A DNA stretch of 64,000 nt from an uncultured Alphaproteobacteria bacterium (GTDB lineage: Bacteria; Pseudomonadota; Alphaproteobacteria; Rhizobiales; Xanthobacteraceae): positions 1,235,171 through 1,299,170 of the forward strand of contig CAVTDJ010000002.1 in NCBI GenBank assembly GCA_963733575.1, in the 5' to 3' direction. The position numbers were made by a program, and so were the translations under genes. Under the pieces are notes generated by a model. That model did not search any database and had not been told where the DNA came from. It saw nothing but the letters and a program-made list of their open reading frames with translations. How positions within the stretch are numbered: position 1 is the stretch's first letter; each line of letters starts with the position of its first letter. This document shows, piece after piece, positions 21,796 to 31,136 of the stretch.

Positions 21796-23997
21796 ATGAA
21801 ACCGCTGTTGTCCGCACGCAACGAGGTTTTCGGCGGCTTGGTGTCGGCCGCCGTCGCCATTCCGCTGGCGATGGGCTATGGCATGTTCGCCTTCGCTTCC
21901 CTCGGCGACAATTATTTCGCGTCCGGCGCGCTGGCGGGAATAGCGACCGCTTGCGTCGTCGCCATCGTTTGCGTGCTGCTCGGCGATAAGTCGACCACCA
22001 TCTATGCCCCGCGCGTCACCAGCACTTTTTTCCTCGGCGTCTTGATCTACGGCCTCGTTCATTCCGACACGCCGGTGATCGACGCCGGCGGGACACCGCT
22101 GATCCTGGCGATCGCGTTTAGCGTCGTGCTGCTTGGCGGCGCGTTCGAAGCGTTGTTCGGACTCGTCAAGCTCGGGACCCTGATCAAGTTCGCGCCGCAG
22201 CCGGTGATGGCGGGGTTCCAGAATGCCGCGGCGGCGCTTTTGTTTCTCGTGCAATTGGGCAATGTGTGCGGTTTCGACCGCAGCGTTTCGTTCACGCAGG
22301 TGCCGCAGTATCTGGCGTCGATGAAGCCGCTCAGCCTCGCGATTGCGGCAATCACCTTTGCCGCGATGTGGAACGCGCGAAGGCTGACGCCGAAAGTTCC
22401 ACCAATTCTCGTCGGCGTCGGCGCCGGCTGCATCCTCTATTATCTCGGCAAGCTTGCCGGTCTCGGCGCCTACCTCGGCCCGGTCGTCGCCAGCGGGCCC
22501 CGCGCGAACATAGGCTTGACGGCTTTTCCCTATTTTGCCGGTCTGGCGCGGGGCGGCGATCTTGTCGCGCTGGTGCCGACGATCCTCGGCGGCGCGATTG
22601 CGCTCGCGATAATCGCCTCGATCGACGCGCTCCTCTGCGCAAAGCTCGTGACCGCGGCCGGCGAGCCTCGCCCCGACGGCGATCGGCTGCTCGTTCGCCT
22701 CGGTCTCGGCAACCTTGCCGCGGCGTGCGTCGGCGGTATCACCAGCGGCATCAACATCGGCCCGAGCGTCGCCAACCGCGCCTTCGGGGCACGCGCGCCG
22801 CTGTCGGTTCTGGTCAACGCCGCGACGCTTTTGATCGCCGGCGCCGTCCTCTTCCGCTGGCTCGGCGAAATCCCGCGCACGGTGCTTTCGGCGGTGATCA
22901 TGGTGGTCGCCGTGCAGCACCTTGATCTCTGGAGCCTGCGGCTCGTCGGCGGATTGCGGCGCGGGCCCGCCGCTTACCGCTTCAACGCGGCGCTCGACCT
23001 TGCCGTCGTTGTCGTGGTCGCGGTGGTTTCGATCGCGCTCAACATCGTGCTGGCGGTATTTATCGGCGTAGCCATCGCGATCGCGCTGTTCGTGTTCCGC
23101 ATGAGCCGGTCGGTCATCCGGCGCAGCTATCGCTGCGACGCGGTTCATTCGCGCACCTCGCGTACCGCGCCGGAAAGAGAATTTCTCGAACGCGCCGGCG
23201 AAGCGATCCTGGTGATGGAGTTGCAGGGAGCGCTGTTCTTCGGTACCGGGGAAAAGATGCTAAGCGAAATCGAGAGCGCCCTACAGCGCGAAACATCGTG
23301 CGTGATCCTCGACCTGCGCCGCCTCACGGAAATCAACTCGACCGGCGCCAACATTTTGCTCGAACTCAAATCGAGCCTCGCCAAGCAAAAAAAGGAATTG
23401 TTGCTGGCCGCCGCGGAGAAAACAATGGCGACGGAGCGGCTGGAGAATTTCGGCGTTCTTTCGTCAATCGGGCATGCAAATATCCTGCCGGACGTCGATC
23501 GCGCCATCGAATGGGCGGAGAACGAGCTATTGCGCACGGAGCCGCGGCTTTGCCGTGAAGAGATCGCGCTGAAGGAGGTCGGCCTGTTCGCGGATTTCAG
23601 CCCGCCTGACCTGGCGATCATCGAGCGGCACCTGCGACGCGCGTCCTATCGGCCGGGCGTCGTAATCTTCCGCGAAGGCGATCCCGGCAACGAGCTTCTC
23701 GTGGTCACCAAAGGTACCGCCAGCGCCTATCTGCAACTGGCCAACGGCAACATCCGCCTGGCAACGTTTGCTCCCGGCACGATGTTTGGCGAGCTTGCGC
23801 TGCTCGACGCGGGCGTACGCTCGGCGACGGTCTTCGCCGATGAAGAGCTGGCGTGCTTCGCACTCGCCAGGTCGGACTTCGCCGCGATGGCGGCGAAGTT
23901 CCCGAGCCTCGCCATTCGGCTCCTGGCTGCCGTCGGCCGTGAGCTGAGCGGGCGGCTGCGGACCGCCAACCGAACCATTCACCAACTCGAAACGTGA
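21796..23997 (+). CDS. SulP-family anion transporter fused to STAS and cyclic-nucleotide-binding domains
   Basis: The SulP N-terminus reads FGGLVSAAVAIPLAMGYGMFA. A STAS-like region follows (ILVMELQGALFFGTGEKM...VILDLRRLTEINSTGANIL). The C-terminal cNMP-binding motif is FREGDPGNELLVV...MFGELALLDAGVRSATV. Confidence 0.8.
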   Translation: MKPLLSARNEVFGGLVSAAVAIPLAMGYGMFAFASLGDNYFASGALAGIATACVVAIVCVLLGDKSTTIYAPRVTSTFFLGVLIYGLVHSDTPVIDAGGTPLILAIAFSVVLLGGAFEALFGLVKLGTLIKFAPQPVMAGFQNAAAALLFLVQLGNVCGFDRSVSFTQVPQYLASMKPLSLAIAAITFAAMWNARRLTPKVPPILVGVGAGCILYYLGKLAGLGAYLGPVVASGPRANIGLTAFPYFAGLARGGDLVALVPTILGGAIALAIIASIDALLCAKLVTAAGEPRPDGDRLLVRLGLGNLAAACVGGITSGINIGPSVANRAFGARAPLSVLVNAATLLIAGAVLFRWLGEIPRTVLSAVIMVVAVQHLDLWSLRLVGGLRRGPAAYRFNAALDLAVVVVVAVVSIALNIVLAVFIGVAIAIALFVFRMSRSVIRRSYRCDAVHSRTSRTAPEREFLERAGEAILVMELQGALFFGTGEKMLSEIESALQRETSCVILDLRRLTEINSTGANILLELKSSLAKQKKELLLAAAEKTMATERLENFGVLSSIGHANILPDVDRAIEWAENELLRTEPRLCREEIALKEVGLFADFSPPDLAIIERHLRRASYRPGVVIFREGDPGNELLVVTKGTASAYLQLANGNIRLATFAPGTMFGELALLDAGVRSATVFADEELACFALARSDFAAMAAKFPSLAIRLLAAVGRELSGRLRTANRTIHQLET

Positions 23998-24010
23998 AGC
24001 TGGCTGGCGC

Positions 24011-24484
24011 TCAGCGGATGGTCTGATCGCTTTGATAGGGCGTTGGCGCAGTGGCCGACGTGGGTGGCGTAGAATAGGCAGCCGGAGTAGGCAACGCAGG
24101 CGATGCCTGCGGCGGCAGCTCGCAATTCTTCTCAGCGGCCGTGCGCCGCAAAAGCTTCTCCTCTGTCAGCGTGTTCTCGTAATCGGACCGATAGGACAGG
24201 TTGCCGATAATGACGCCGCCGCCACCGCCTTCGCTCGCCCTTTCCATGAGATTGGACAGTTCATTTTCCCGCGTCAGCAAACCCTGCAATCGTGTCGCCA
24301 TGTCCTTGCAGTGATAGACGGAATATCGGCCGGGATCGACCGTGAGGGCCCCTACTCCGTCGCTCATCGTACATCCAGCGAGAATGCCAGCGACGAAGAC
24401 GCAGAGCAGTCCGATCGCGCCCGCTCGGCGGCAATGGACGGACTTGTGAACGCCGTTACTAGAGTTCATAGAAGCCGACAACAA
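24011..24484 (-). CDS. Hypothetical lipoprotein
   Basis: Has a lipobox (ILAGC) after a hydrophobic leader and a Pro/Thr/Ala-rich C-terminus. No family was recognised. Confidence 0.5.
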   Translation of the reverse strand: MLSASMNSSNGVHKSVHCRRAGAIGLLCVFVAGILAGCTMSDGVGALTVDPGRYSVYHCKDMATRLQGLLTRENELSNLMERASEGGGGGVIIGNLSYRSDYENTLTEEKLLRRTAAEKNCELPPQASPALPTPAAYSTPPTSATAPTPYQSDQTIR

Positions 24485-24660
24485 AGGATGAGCTCAGCGC
24501 CGCCCCGCCGGCGACAGATTTTCCGCGCTTTTGTTTGCAGCTTCCCTGCGCCGCAAATAAGGCAGGCGCCGGCGCGCCGCCTGGCGACAAGAGATGCGGT
24601 TCAAGTTTTCCCGCGGCTGGCGCGCCGCCGCACAATACCGCGATTTTCGGTAGCGCCCAA

Positions 24661-24945
24661 TCAGCGGTTCGCGAACTGGACGCCAACGGTCACTCCGGCA
24701 CGCCAAATCACCCGACAGCGACGCCGCGCGCCGCCATTCGCGGAGAGCAGCAACAGAAAGCGATCCGGCAGCTCGGTGTCGGCGTCGAGCACCAGACGCG
24801 CCCCGCTATGCGAAACGTCTGACATCGTGCATGGCCGCGGCGGCTGCGTTTCGTCCGTGATGATCTTTGCTGCATAATGAAATTGGCGGCGCGGCTTCTT
24901 TCGCAATTCGGCGCGGTTGCGATAATTCCCAGACATCGCACGCAA
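24661..24945 (-). CDS. PilZ-domain protein (c-di-GMP receptor-like)
   Basis: 94 aa. It has an RxxxR-type motif (RKKPRRQF) followed by DVSHSGARLVL (D/NxSxxG), the two PilZ signature motifs. Confidence 0.7.
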   Translation of the reverse strand: MRAMSGNYRNRAELRKKPRRQFHYAAKIITDETQPPRPCTMSDVSHSGARLVLDADTELPDRFLLLLSANGGARRRCRVIWRAGVTVGVQFANR

Positions 24946-24985
24946 ATGCCTTTTTGGTGGGCGGTTAGCCTAGGAATTCCCCGTT

Positions 24986-25620
24986 AAAGGCGCGTTAAAT
25001 ATGTTCGCACAGCGCAGTGTCCAGCGGACGGGTGGGTGGGCCGGCGATCGCTTTAACCGCTTCGGCCTTCGCCGGTGGCGTGCGCCGCAAAAGCGCGGTC
25101 GCCTCAGCGGCCGGCATCGGCTTGCCGAACACGTAGCCTTGAGCGACCTCACAGCCGGCGGAAATCAGAAAGCCCGCTGTTCGGCGGTTTCCACACCTTC
25201 CGCCACGACCTCAACGCCCAATGCGCGCGCCAGCCCGATGACCGCCCGCACGATGGTCGCGTCGTCGGAATTGGTCGTCACACCGCCGACGAACCGGCGG
25301 TCTATTTTCAAGCGCGCGACGCGAAACGAGCGCAAATAATTGAGCGAGGATACCCGGTACCGAAGTCGTCGCTGGCGATGCGCACGCCGATGCGGCACAG
25401 CCGTTCGAACTCACCACTATGCCTCTGCGTCGCGTCCATCAGGACGGATTCGGTGAGTTCCAACTCCAACTGATCTGCAGCAATGCCGTATTTGGCAGAC
25501 AATCGGTGACGACGCGATCCAGATTGCTGACCAGCTGAACTGCCCGGCAGAGATGTTGGCGGCCACGACCTGCGGCCTAATGCGCTGTTCTTGCCACTCA
25601 GGGGGAAGGCCCCTAATCAA
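24986..25620 (-). pseudogene. EAL-domain (c-di-GMP phosphodiesterase) gene remnant, N-terminally truncated and multiply frameshifted
   Basis: Colinear EAL-domain blocks sit in different minus-strand frames. In order they are VVAANISAGQF / LVSNLDRVVTDCL / AKYGIAADQLELELTESVLMD...GVRIASDDFGTGY / SSLNYLRSFRVARLKIDRRFV...GVEVVAEGVETAEQRAF / LISAGCEVAQGYVFGKPMPAAEA, ending at the stop at 24986-24988. The EAL motif itself and everything upstream are missing, and the 5' boundary is unclear. Confidence 0.75.
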
Positions 25621-25889
25621 ATTTCTTCAAATGCTAAGGCGCGCAGACCTCGATATGCCGTTGCCCTGGTCGTTAAAATTGCGACCGAGTCCGTCATGGT
25701 TGCCCGAATATACAATCATCTTTCAAAACCGACGTTTACAGGGTTTGGCGGCCCTATAGCTGTACCCGTAAACCTATTCTTTACGATGTTTTGCAACCTT
25801 TGGATTGGGCATGCGCTTCGCCGTACGGGCGATCGCTCGCAGCGCTATCGGCTGCGGGCTACAGGAGCAACGGTTAGCAAGCGGACAAG

Positions 25890-27947
25890 ATGGCTGGCCT
25901 GCCCGACGCGAACGCGCTGCCGAGGCCGTCGATTTGGCGTCGTGCGCCATTCGGCGTTGGTGGCAAGCTTCAATCCGCTTTCAGCGTAGTCGCCGGCCTG
26001 ACTGTCGTTTCAACTGCAGTTTCCCTGCTGTCTTTTTCGACAGTCGAAACCCGGTTGGAGGATTTTGCTGCGCGGCAAATGCCGATCGTCGCCAATGTGA
26101 TCCAGCTCTCCGCCATGTCAGGCGAAATTTCGGCGGCGGCGGCCCGGCTGATCAATGCACGAACGGCGGATGATCAAAAGAAAATCGCCGCGCTGATCGC
26201 ACGCAAACGCGACGATCTCGGCGAATCCTTGCAACGCTTGGAGACGCTCGACCGTGCTAATCCGGCGGTCGGCAAGCTGTTGAACCTGTCGCAGCGGCTG
26301 AATGCAAACCTTTCCGCGCTTGAAGATATCATCGCCGAACGCACAGATTTGCGTACTCAGATTGTCATGCTGGTTGAGACGCTCCACCGGATGGACGCGC
26401 GGCTCGTCCAACGATTGTCGCAGTTTCCGGACTCCGGCCCGGCGCTTGAAGTCTCCGCCAGGGCGCATCTGCTGGTCAGCTTAATCAGCGAAGCCTCAAC
26501 GCTGCGGGAGCCGGCCGAGTTCAAGCGCATTCAGGATCTTCTTAGAGCTGCATCCGAGGGATTGCGCCAATCGGCAGTCAAGCTGTCCGATGACGACGTC
26601 AACAAAATCGCGGAACAGCTTTTGCCGCTGGCTACCGGCGCTAACAGCATTTTTGCGCGGCATGCGCGCGAAACTTTCGTAGCGACCCGGGCCGACGGCA
26701 CGATCGACGAGAACGTCGCTATTCAACGCGACCTTGATGCGACAGTTGCGAATCTGGTGAGAGACGCGCAGGACGGCGTCAAACGCAGTACAGCGAGACT
26801 CACCGGCACCCTCGACCACAGCCGGGTTCTGCTCCTGATCGTGGCCTTTGTCAGTATCATCGCCGCCGTCGGCGTCGGCACACTTTACGTTCAGCGCCGG
26901 CTCGTTCAACGGCTGATCTCGATCAGCAACGCCATGCGGCGCCTCGCGTCCGGCGACGTCGATACCATGCTGCCCTCGATATCGACGGGCGATGAAATGG
27001 GCGAGATGTCGCGCGCGCTGCAGGTCTTGCGCGCCGGCGAAATAGAGCGGCGCAAGCTCGTGCAGCGCGAACGAACCGAGCAGATAGCGCAGCGCGAGCG
27101 CGCGATGTCCATCGACGAGATCATCGACAATTTTCGCGCCACGGCGACCTCCGTCGTCACCACGCTTGCAGATCATGCTGCCGCGATGGAAACGACGGCG
27201 CGCGGCTTATCGACGATTGCCAGCGAGACTGACACCCAGGCGCGCGCGGTCTCGCTTTCTTCCGAGGCAACATCAAGCAATGTTCGGACCGTGGCGGATG
27301 CGACGGAAGAGCTCGGCGTATCGATCCATGAAATCAACGATCAAGCCGCTCAGACGAGAGGGGTCGTCAATCGCGCCGCCGACATCGCCCGCTCGGCGCA
27401 TGAGCTGGGCGACAAGCTGTCCGCGGGCGCAAGCCGTATCGGAGCCGTCGTCACGCTGATCCGCGACGTCGCCGAACAGACGAACTTGCTTGCGCTAAAT
27501 GCCACGATTGAAGCGGCGCGCGCCGGACACGCCGGACGCGGCTTCGCGGTGGTCGCCAACGAGATCAAGCAACTCGCCAGCCAAACCGCGAAGGCGACGG
27601 AAGATATAACCGCGCAAATCGCGGCGATTCAGACTTCTACAATTGAAGCGGTCGACGTCATACAATCGATCAATGCAGTAACGGACGATATCGGCCGGTT
27701 CACCACGGCGGTCGCCTCCTCCGTCGAGCAGCAGAACGAAGCGGCGCAAACGATCACGCGCAACGTGCAAGAAGCGGCCGCGGGCGTGAAAGAACTCGCC
27801 AGCAACATGACCCATGTCACCGACGCGATCGGCGAGACCAACCGCTTTGCCTCGGAGGTACTCGCGGTCGCCCATACGCTGTCGGCGCAAACGGGCACCC
27901 TCGACAAGGCCGTGGAGGGTTTCCTGAAAAGGGTTGCGGCGGCCTGA
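25890..27947 (+). CDS. Methyl-accepting chemotaxis protein (two-TM sensor, HAMP, MCP signalling domain)
   Basis: 685 aa. It contains the HAMP-like stretch MRRLASGDVDTMLP...GDEMGEMSRAL and the signalling hairpin EQTNLLALNATIEAARAGHAGRGFAVVANEIKQLA. Confidence 0.9.
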   Translation: MAGLPDANALPRPSIWRRAPFGVGGKLQSAFSVVAGLTVVSTAVSLLSFSTVETRLEDFAARQMPIVANVIQLSAMSGEISAAAARLINARTADDQKKIAALIARKRDDLGESLQRLETLDRANPAVGKLLNLSQRLNANLSALEDIIAERTDLRTQIVMLVETLHRMDARLVQRLSQFPDSGPALEVSARAHLLVSLISEASTLREPAEFKRIQDLLRAASEGLRQSAVKLSDDDVNKIAEQLLPLATGANSIFARHARETFVATRADGTIDENVAIQRDLDATVANLVRDAQDGVKRSTARLTGTLDHSRVLLLIVAFVSIIAAVGVGTLYVQRRLVQRLISISNAMRRLASGDVDTMLPSISTGDEMGEMSRALQVLRAGEIERRKLVQRERTEQIAQRERAMSIDEIIDNFRATATSVVTTLADHAAAMETTARGLSTIASETDTQARAVSLSSEATSSNVRTVADATEELGVSIHEINDQAAQTRGVVNRAADIARSAHELGDKLSAGASRIGAVVTLIRDVAEQTNLLALNATIEAARAGHAGRGFAVVANEIKQLASQTAKATEDITAQIAAIQTSTIEAVDVIQSINAVTDDIGRFTTAVASSVEQQNEAAQTITRNVQEAAAGVKELASNMTHVTDAIGETNRFASEVLAVAHTLSAQTGTLDKAVEGFLKRVAAA

Positions 27948-27979
27948 GCGCCGCGCGCAAGCAATCGAAGGGGTCAAAC

Positions 27980-28804
27980 GTGTCGGCACCTTACACTTTC
28001 TTGAATGCATTGCGCCTGCGCGGCAGTGTCCGCTCTCGGCGTGGCGCGTCCCCTATCGGCGCGATAGGCGCCGGCGTCTGCGCGGCGGTAGCGCTGGCGA
28101 TCGTCGCGAACATTCCGGCCTTCGGTTTGGCGGCGGAAGACGACGCACAAATCGCAAAGAGCCTGGCCACGATGCTGCGCGCCGGCCGTACCGTAATTTC
28201 CAAAAATCAGGATCGCATCAACGATCCGAACACCGCTAATAAGGGACTCGATGGAGAAATGGTGCTCGCGGAAGCCAGCGCCATTTATCAGAAGGCGACG
28301 GAGATCAATCCGGCTTCAATCGATCCGGGCTCACTCCACGGCCGGCTTATTCGCATGCAGATGGATTCCATCGTCGAGGTCATGGACGTTCACCAGGAGA
28401 CGCTCAACCGGCAAGGCGTCGGCTTCAAGGGTTTTATTCCCGCTGTGTTTGGACGCCTGGTGAATGAGGCCTTTGGCCGCCGCGCTATCGGCATAGCGGA
28501 GATAAAAGTCACCGCGCCGCCACAGTTGATTCGAAATCCCAAGGTTCAGCCGGACGAATGGGAGCTCGACGTCGTCCAGACCCGGCTTTTGTCTGCCTCA
28601 TGGCCGAGGGATCAATCCTACACCGCAATGGCCACGAAGAGCGGCGTGCAGGCGCAACGCACCCTCATTCCGGAATATTACGGCGCCAGTTGCCTCGCAT
28701 GTCATGGGTCCCCGCAGGGAGAGATCGACATCACCGGCTTCCCGAAAGAGGGCGCCCACGAAGGCGACCTCGGCGGGATTATCAGCATCACGCTGTACCG
28801 ATGA
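27980..28804 (+). CDS. DUF3365 (Tll0287-like) periplasmic protein with a c-type heme CxxCH site
   Basis: 274 aa with a signal/TM segment and FKGFIPAVFGR...IKVTAPPQLIRNP...ASCLACHGSPQGEID. It starts 33 nt after the MCP stop. Confidence 0.65.
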   Translation: MSAPYTFLNALRLRGSVRSRRGASPIGAIGAGVCAAVALAIVANIPAFGLAAEDDAQIAKSLATMLRAGRTVISKNQDRINDPNTANKGLDGEMVLAEASAIYQKATEINPASIDPGSLHGRLIRMQMDSIVEVMDVHQETLNRQGVGFKGFIPAVFGRLVNEAFGRRAIGIAEIKVTAPPQLIRNPKVQPDEWELDVVQTRLLSASWPRDQSYTAMATKSGVQAQRTLIPEYYGASCLACHGSPQGEIDITGFPKEGAHEGDLGGIISITLYR

Positions 28805-29033
28805 CGCATCGCGCACGCTTATAATCATCGTACTTTGTCGCCCCGCACCTGCTTTATGTCTAAGAATTCCGCATAGGCACCCCGCTTATTATTGCGTGAA
28901 AACCTGCTCGCAATTAGGGTCGTTCGCCGACAACGGGCGCCCGAGCCAAAAATCTTATCAATCGGCCCAGCACTCACAGCCATCCGACGCGCGACCATCG
29001 GGCACCGGTGACGAGTATACAAAGGAGACGCAC

Positions 29034-29825
29034 ATGGAGTTCGAGCGCGCGAGTCTGGAGCGCGATGGAGCTGTCGCCATCCTGCGGATGAATCATCCCG
29101 ACGTATTGAACGCATTGTCGGCGGAAATGCTCAAGGGGATGACGGATGCGCTCGACGCGCTTGGCGCGTCGGAGACGCAAACCCGATGCCTCGTACTCAC
29201 CGGCAGCGGCCGTGCTTTCTCCACCGGCGCCAACCTGCAAGGGCGCGGCGGAAATGGATCGATGCCGCGCGGCGCCGGCCACACGCTCGAGACCGTGTTT
29301 CATCCGTTCATTCGAAAGTTGCGCGATCTGCCCTATCCGATCGTGACTGCCGTCAACGGCCCTGCCGCAGGCGCCGGCATGAGCGTCGCGCTTATGGGCG
29401 ACCTGGTCCTCTGCGCGCGCTCCGCTTACTTCCTCCAGGCATTCCGCCGCATCGGACTGGTGCCCGATTGCGGCTCGACCTGGCTACTACCGCGGCTGAT
29501 CGGGCGGGCGCGCGCGATCGAACTGTCCCTCCTCTGCGAGCGGCTGCCTGCCGAAACCGCGCTTGCCTGGGGTCTCGTCAATCGCGTCTTCGATGACGAC
29601 GCGCTCATGCGCGAAGCGGTGCGGTTGGCGCACGATCTCGCCAACGGCCCCACCGTGGCGCTCGGGCTCATCCGCCGCCTATATTGGGAAAGCCCGGAGA
29701 ATTCTTACGAGCAACAGCTCGATCTCGAATGCCGAATGCAGCGCATCGCTGGCGCCTCGGGAGATTTCCGCGAGGGCGTATCAGCTTTTCTGGAGAAGCG
29801 GCCGGCCAAATTCGTTGGCGCTTGA
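29034..29825 (+). CDS. Enoyl-CoA hydratase/isomerase (crotonase) family protein
   Basis: Contains AILRMNHPDVLNALS...VLTGSGRAFSTGANL...VTAVNGPAAGAGMSVAL and FLEKRPAKF. An AAGGAG lies 7 nt upstream of ATG 29034. Confidence 0.85.
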   Translation: MEFERASLERDGAVAILRMNHPDVLNALSAEMLKGMTDALDALGASETQTRCLVLTGSGRAFSTGANLQGRGGNGSMPRGAGHTLETVFHPFIRKLRDLPYPIVTAVNGPAAGAGMSVALMGDLVLCARSAYFLQAFRRIGLVPDCGSTWLLPRLIGRARAIELSLLCERLPAETALAWGLVNRVFDDDALMREAVRLAHDLANGPTVALGLIRRLYWESPENSYEQQLDLECRMQRIAGASGDFREGVSAFLEKRPAKFVGA

Positions 29826-29931
29826 TCGAACGGCTCATCAACGATTAACCGGAACCGTAGCGCGGCGATTTGCGTTGTGTGACGGTATCGTTACACTTCT
29901 ACGATCTTTCGGTAACGCGTGCGGGTGGGCG

Positions 29932-30846
29932 ATGCGGCTCGACTGGCTGACCTGGTCAAATCCGGTTGCGATCTGGTGGAGCTTTTTGATCCTGGTCAGC
30001 GCCGGCAACGTCACCTTGCTGCTTGGCTTGTACTCTCGCTTCCGCAAAACAAGCGTCGTGCGGCGCGGCGGTGCATTTGTGCTGGAGCCGCTCCTGCTCC
30101 TGAGCGCCGCCTATGTATTCGGCTGCGCCTTCCGCTCCGTCCTGCCGCGCGCCGATGTGCAGAGAATCTGCCTGTTCGACACGTGGCTCTCGAGCGTCTT
30201 CGTCGGGCGGTCTGTCGCCACGATCGCCGAAGTTTGCTTCGTCATTCAATGGGCCATTGTTTTGCGCGCCCTCGCAAATGTTGCGAACGCGGACACGGCG
30301 CGAAATATCTCGAAGACCTTCGTTCCATTGATCGTACTGGCGGAAGGCTGCTCCTGGTATGCCGTGATCACGACGAATTATTTGGGCAATATGCTGGAAA
30401 ACTCGCTGTGGACGGCGACTTTCCTGCTCATCGCGATCGCGCTGTTGGATCTCGTGAACAGATTCCGCGGCGTCGTGCAGTTGGCAATCGCGGCGGCCGC
30501 CGCCGGCATTGCCGGCTATGTGGTGTTCATGTGCACCGCCGATGTGCCGATGTATTTTGTCCGCTGGCAGTCCGAAATCGCGAGTGGAAAGAATTTTTTC
30601 GGATTGTTTTCCGGCCTTCATGACGTCGCCACGCGCTGGGTCGTCACCCGCGACATTGAGCGCTGGGACGGCGAAATCGCCTGGATGTCGCTCTATTTCA
30701 GCATGGCGGTGTGGGCGAGCCTTTTGCTCGCGAGCTTCGGCCTGGTGAAACACCTGCTACCGCGGTACCGCGCCAGCCGGCCCGCACCAAAGCCCGCACG
30801 CGGACCGCTCGCGGTCGCAGTGCGCTCTTCTCGACGCATTCCATGA
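29932..30846 (+). CDS. Hypothetical polytopic membrane protein
   Basis: 304 aa with about 7-8 hydrophobic segments. No family was recognised. The start is taken at ATG 29932. Confidence 0.5.
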   Translation: MRLDWLTWSNPVAIWWSFLILVSAGNVTLLLGLYSRFRKTSVVRRGGAFVLEPLLLLSAAYVFGCAFRSVLPRADVQRICLFDTWLSSVFVGRSVATIAEVCFVIQWAIVLRALANVANADTARNISKTFVPLIVLAEGCSWYAVITTNYLGNMLENSLWTATFLLIAIALLDLVNRFRGVVQLAIAAAAAGIAGYVVFMCTADVPMYFVRWQSEIASGKNFFGLFSGLHDVATRWVVTRDIERWDGEIAWMSLYFSMAVWASLLLASFGLVKHLLPRYRASRPAPKPARGPLAVAVRSSRRIP

Positions 30847-31136
30847 GGAAGACGCGCCTCGCCGGCGCGGCGGCGATTGGCGTAGTAGGGCGGACGGCGA
30901 GACTCGAACGCAATCCGCGTCTGATACAAACGAGTAGGAAGCAGGCAATCGCTCGGTTCGATGGTTGAAACCAATCGCGCAACAACTCATAAATCATTGG
31001 TCGAAATCACGAGGTCCATCGTGAAGGAACTCATGGCGTCCCAAGCCCTCTGAGCGGACATTGCGGATTTACGCCTGCCCCGGGTCAACACGGACAACAG
31101 TGATGACCCGGAATTTTAATCGAGGATGATTCGCCC

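Noticed and set aside
21634-23148. 504-aa minus-strand ORF.
   Set aside because: It is antisense to the SulP transporter gene and has extremely Arg/Asp/Glu/Gly-rich low-complexity composition.
30960-31136. Manganese (yybP-ykoY) riboswitch upstream of the VIT1 transporter.
   Set aside because: I could not find the conserved GGGGAGTAG-type and partner blocks of that riboswitch in the 290-nt leader.
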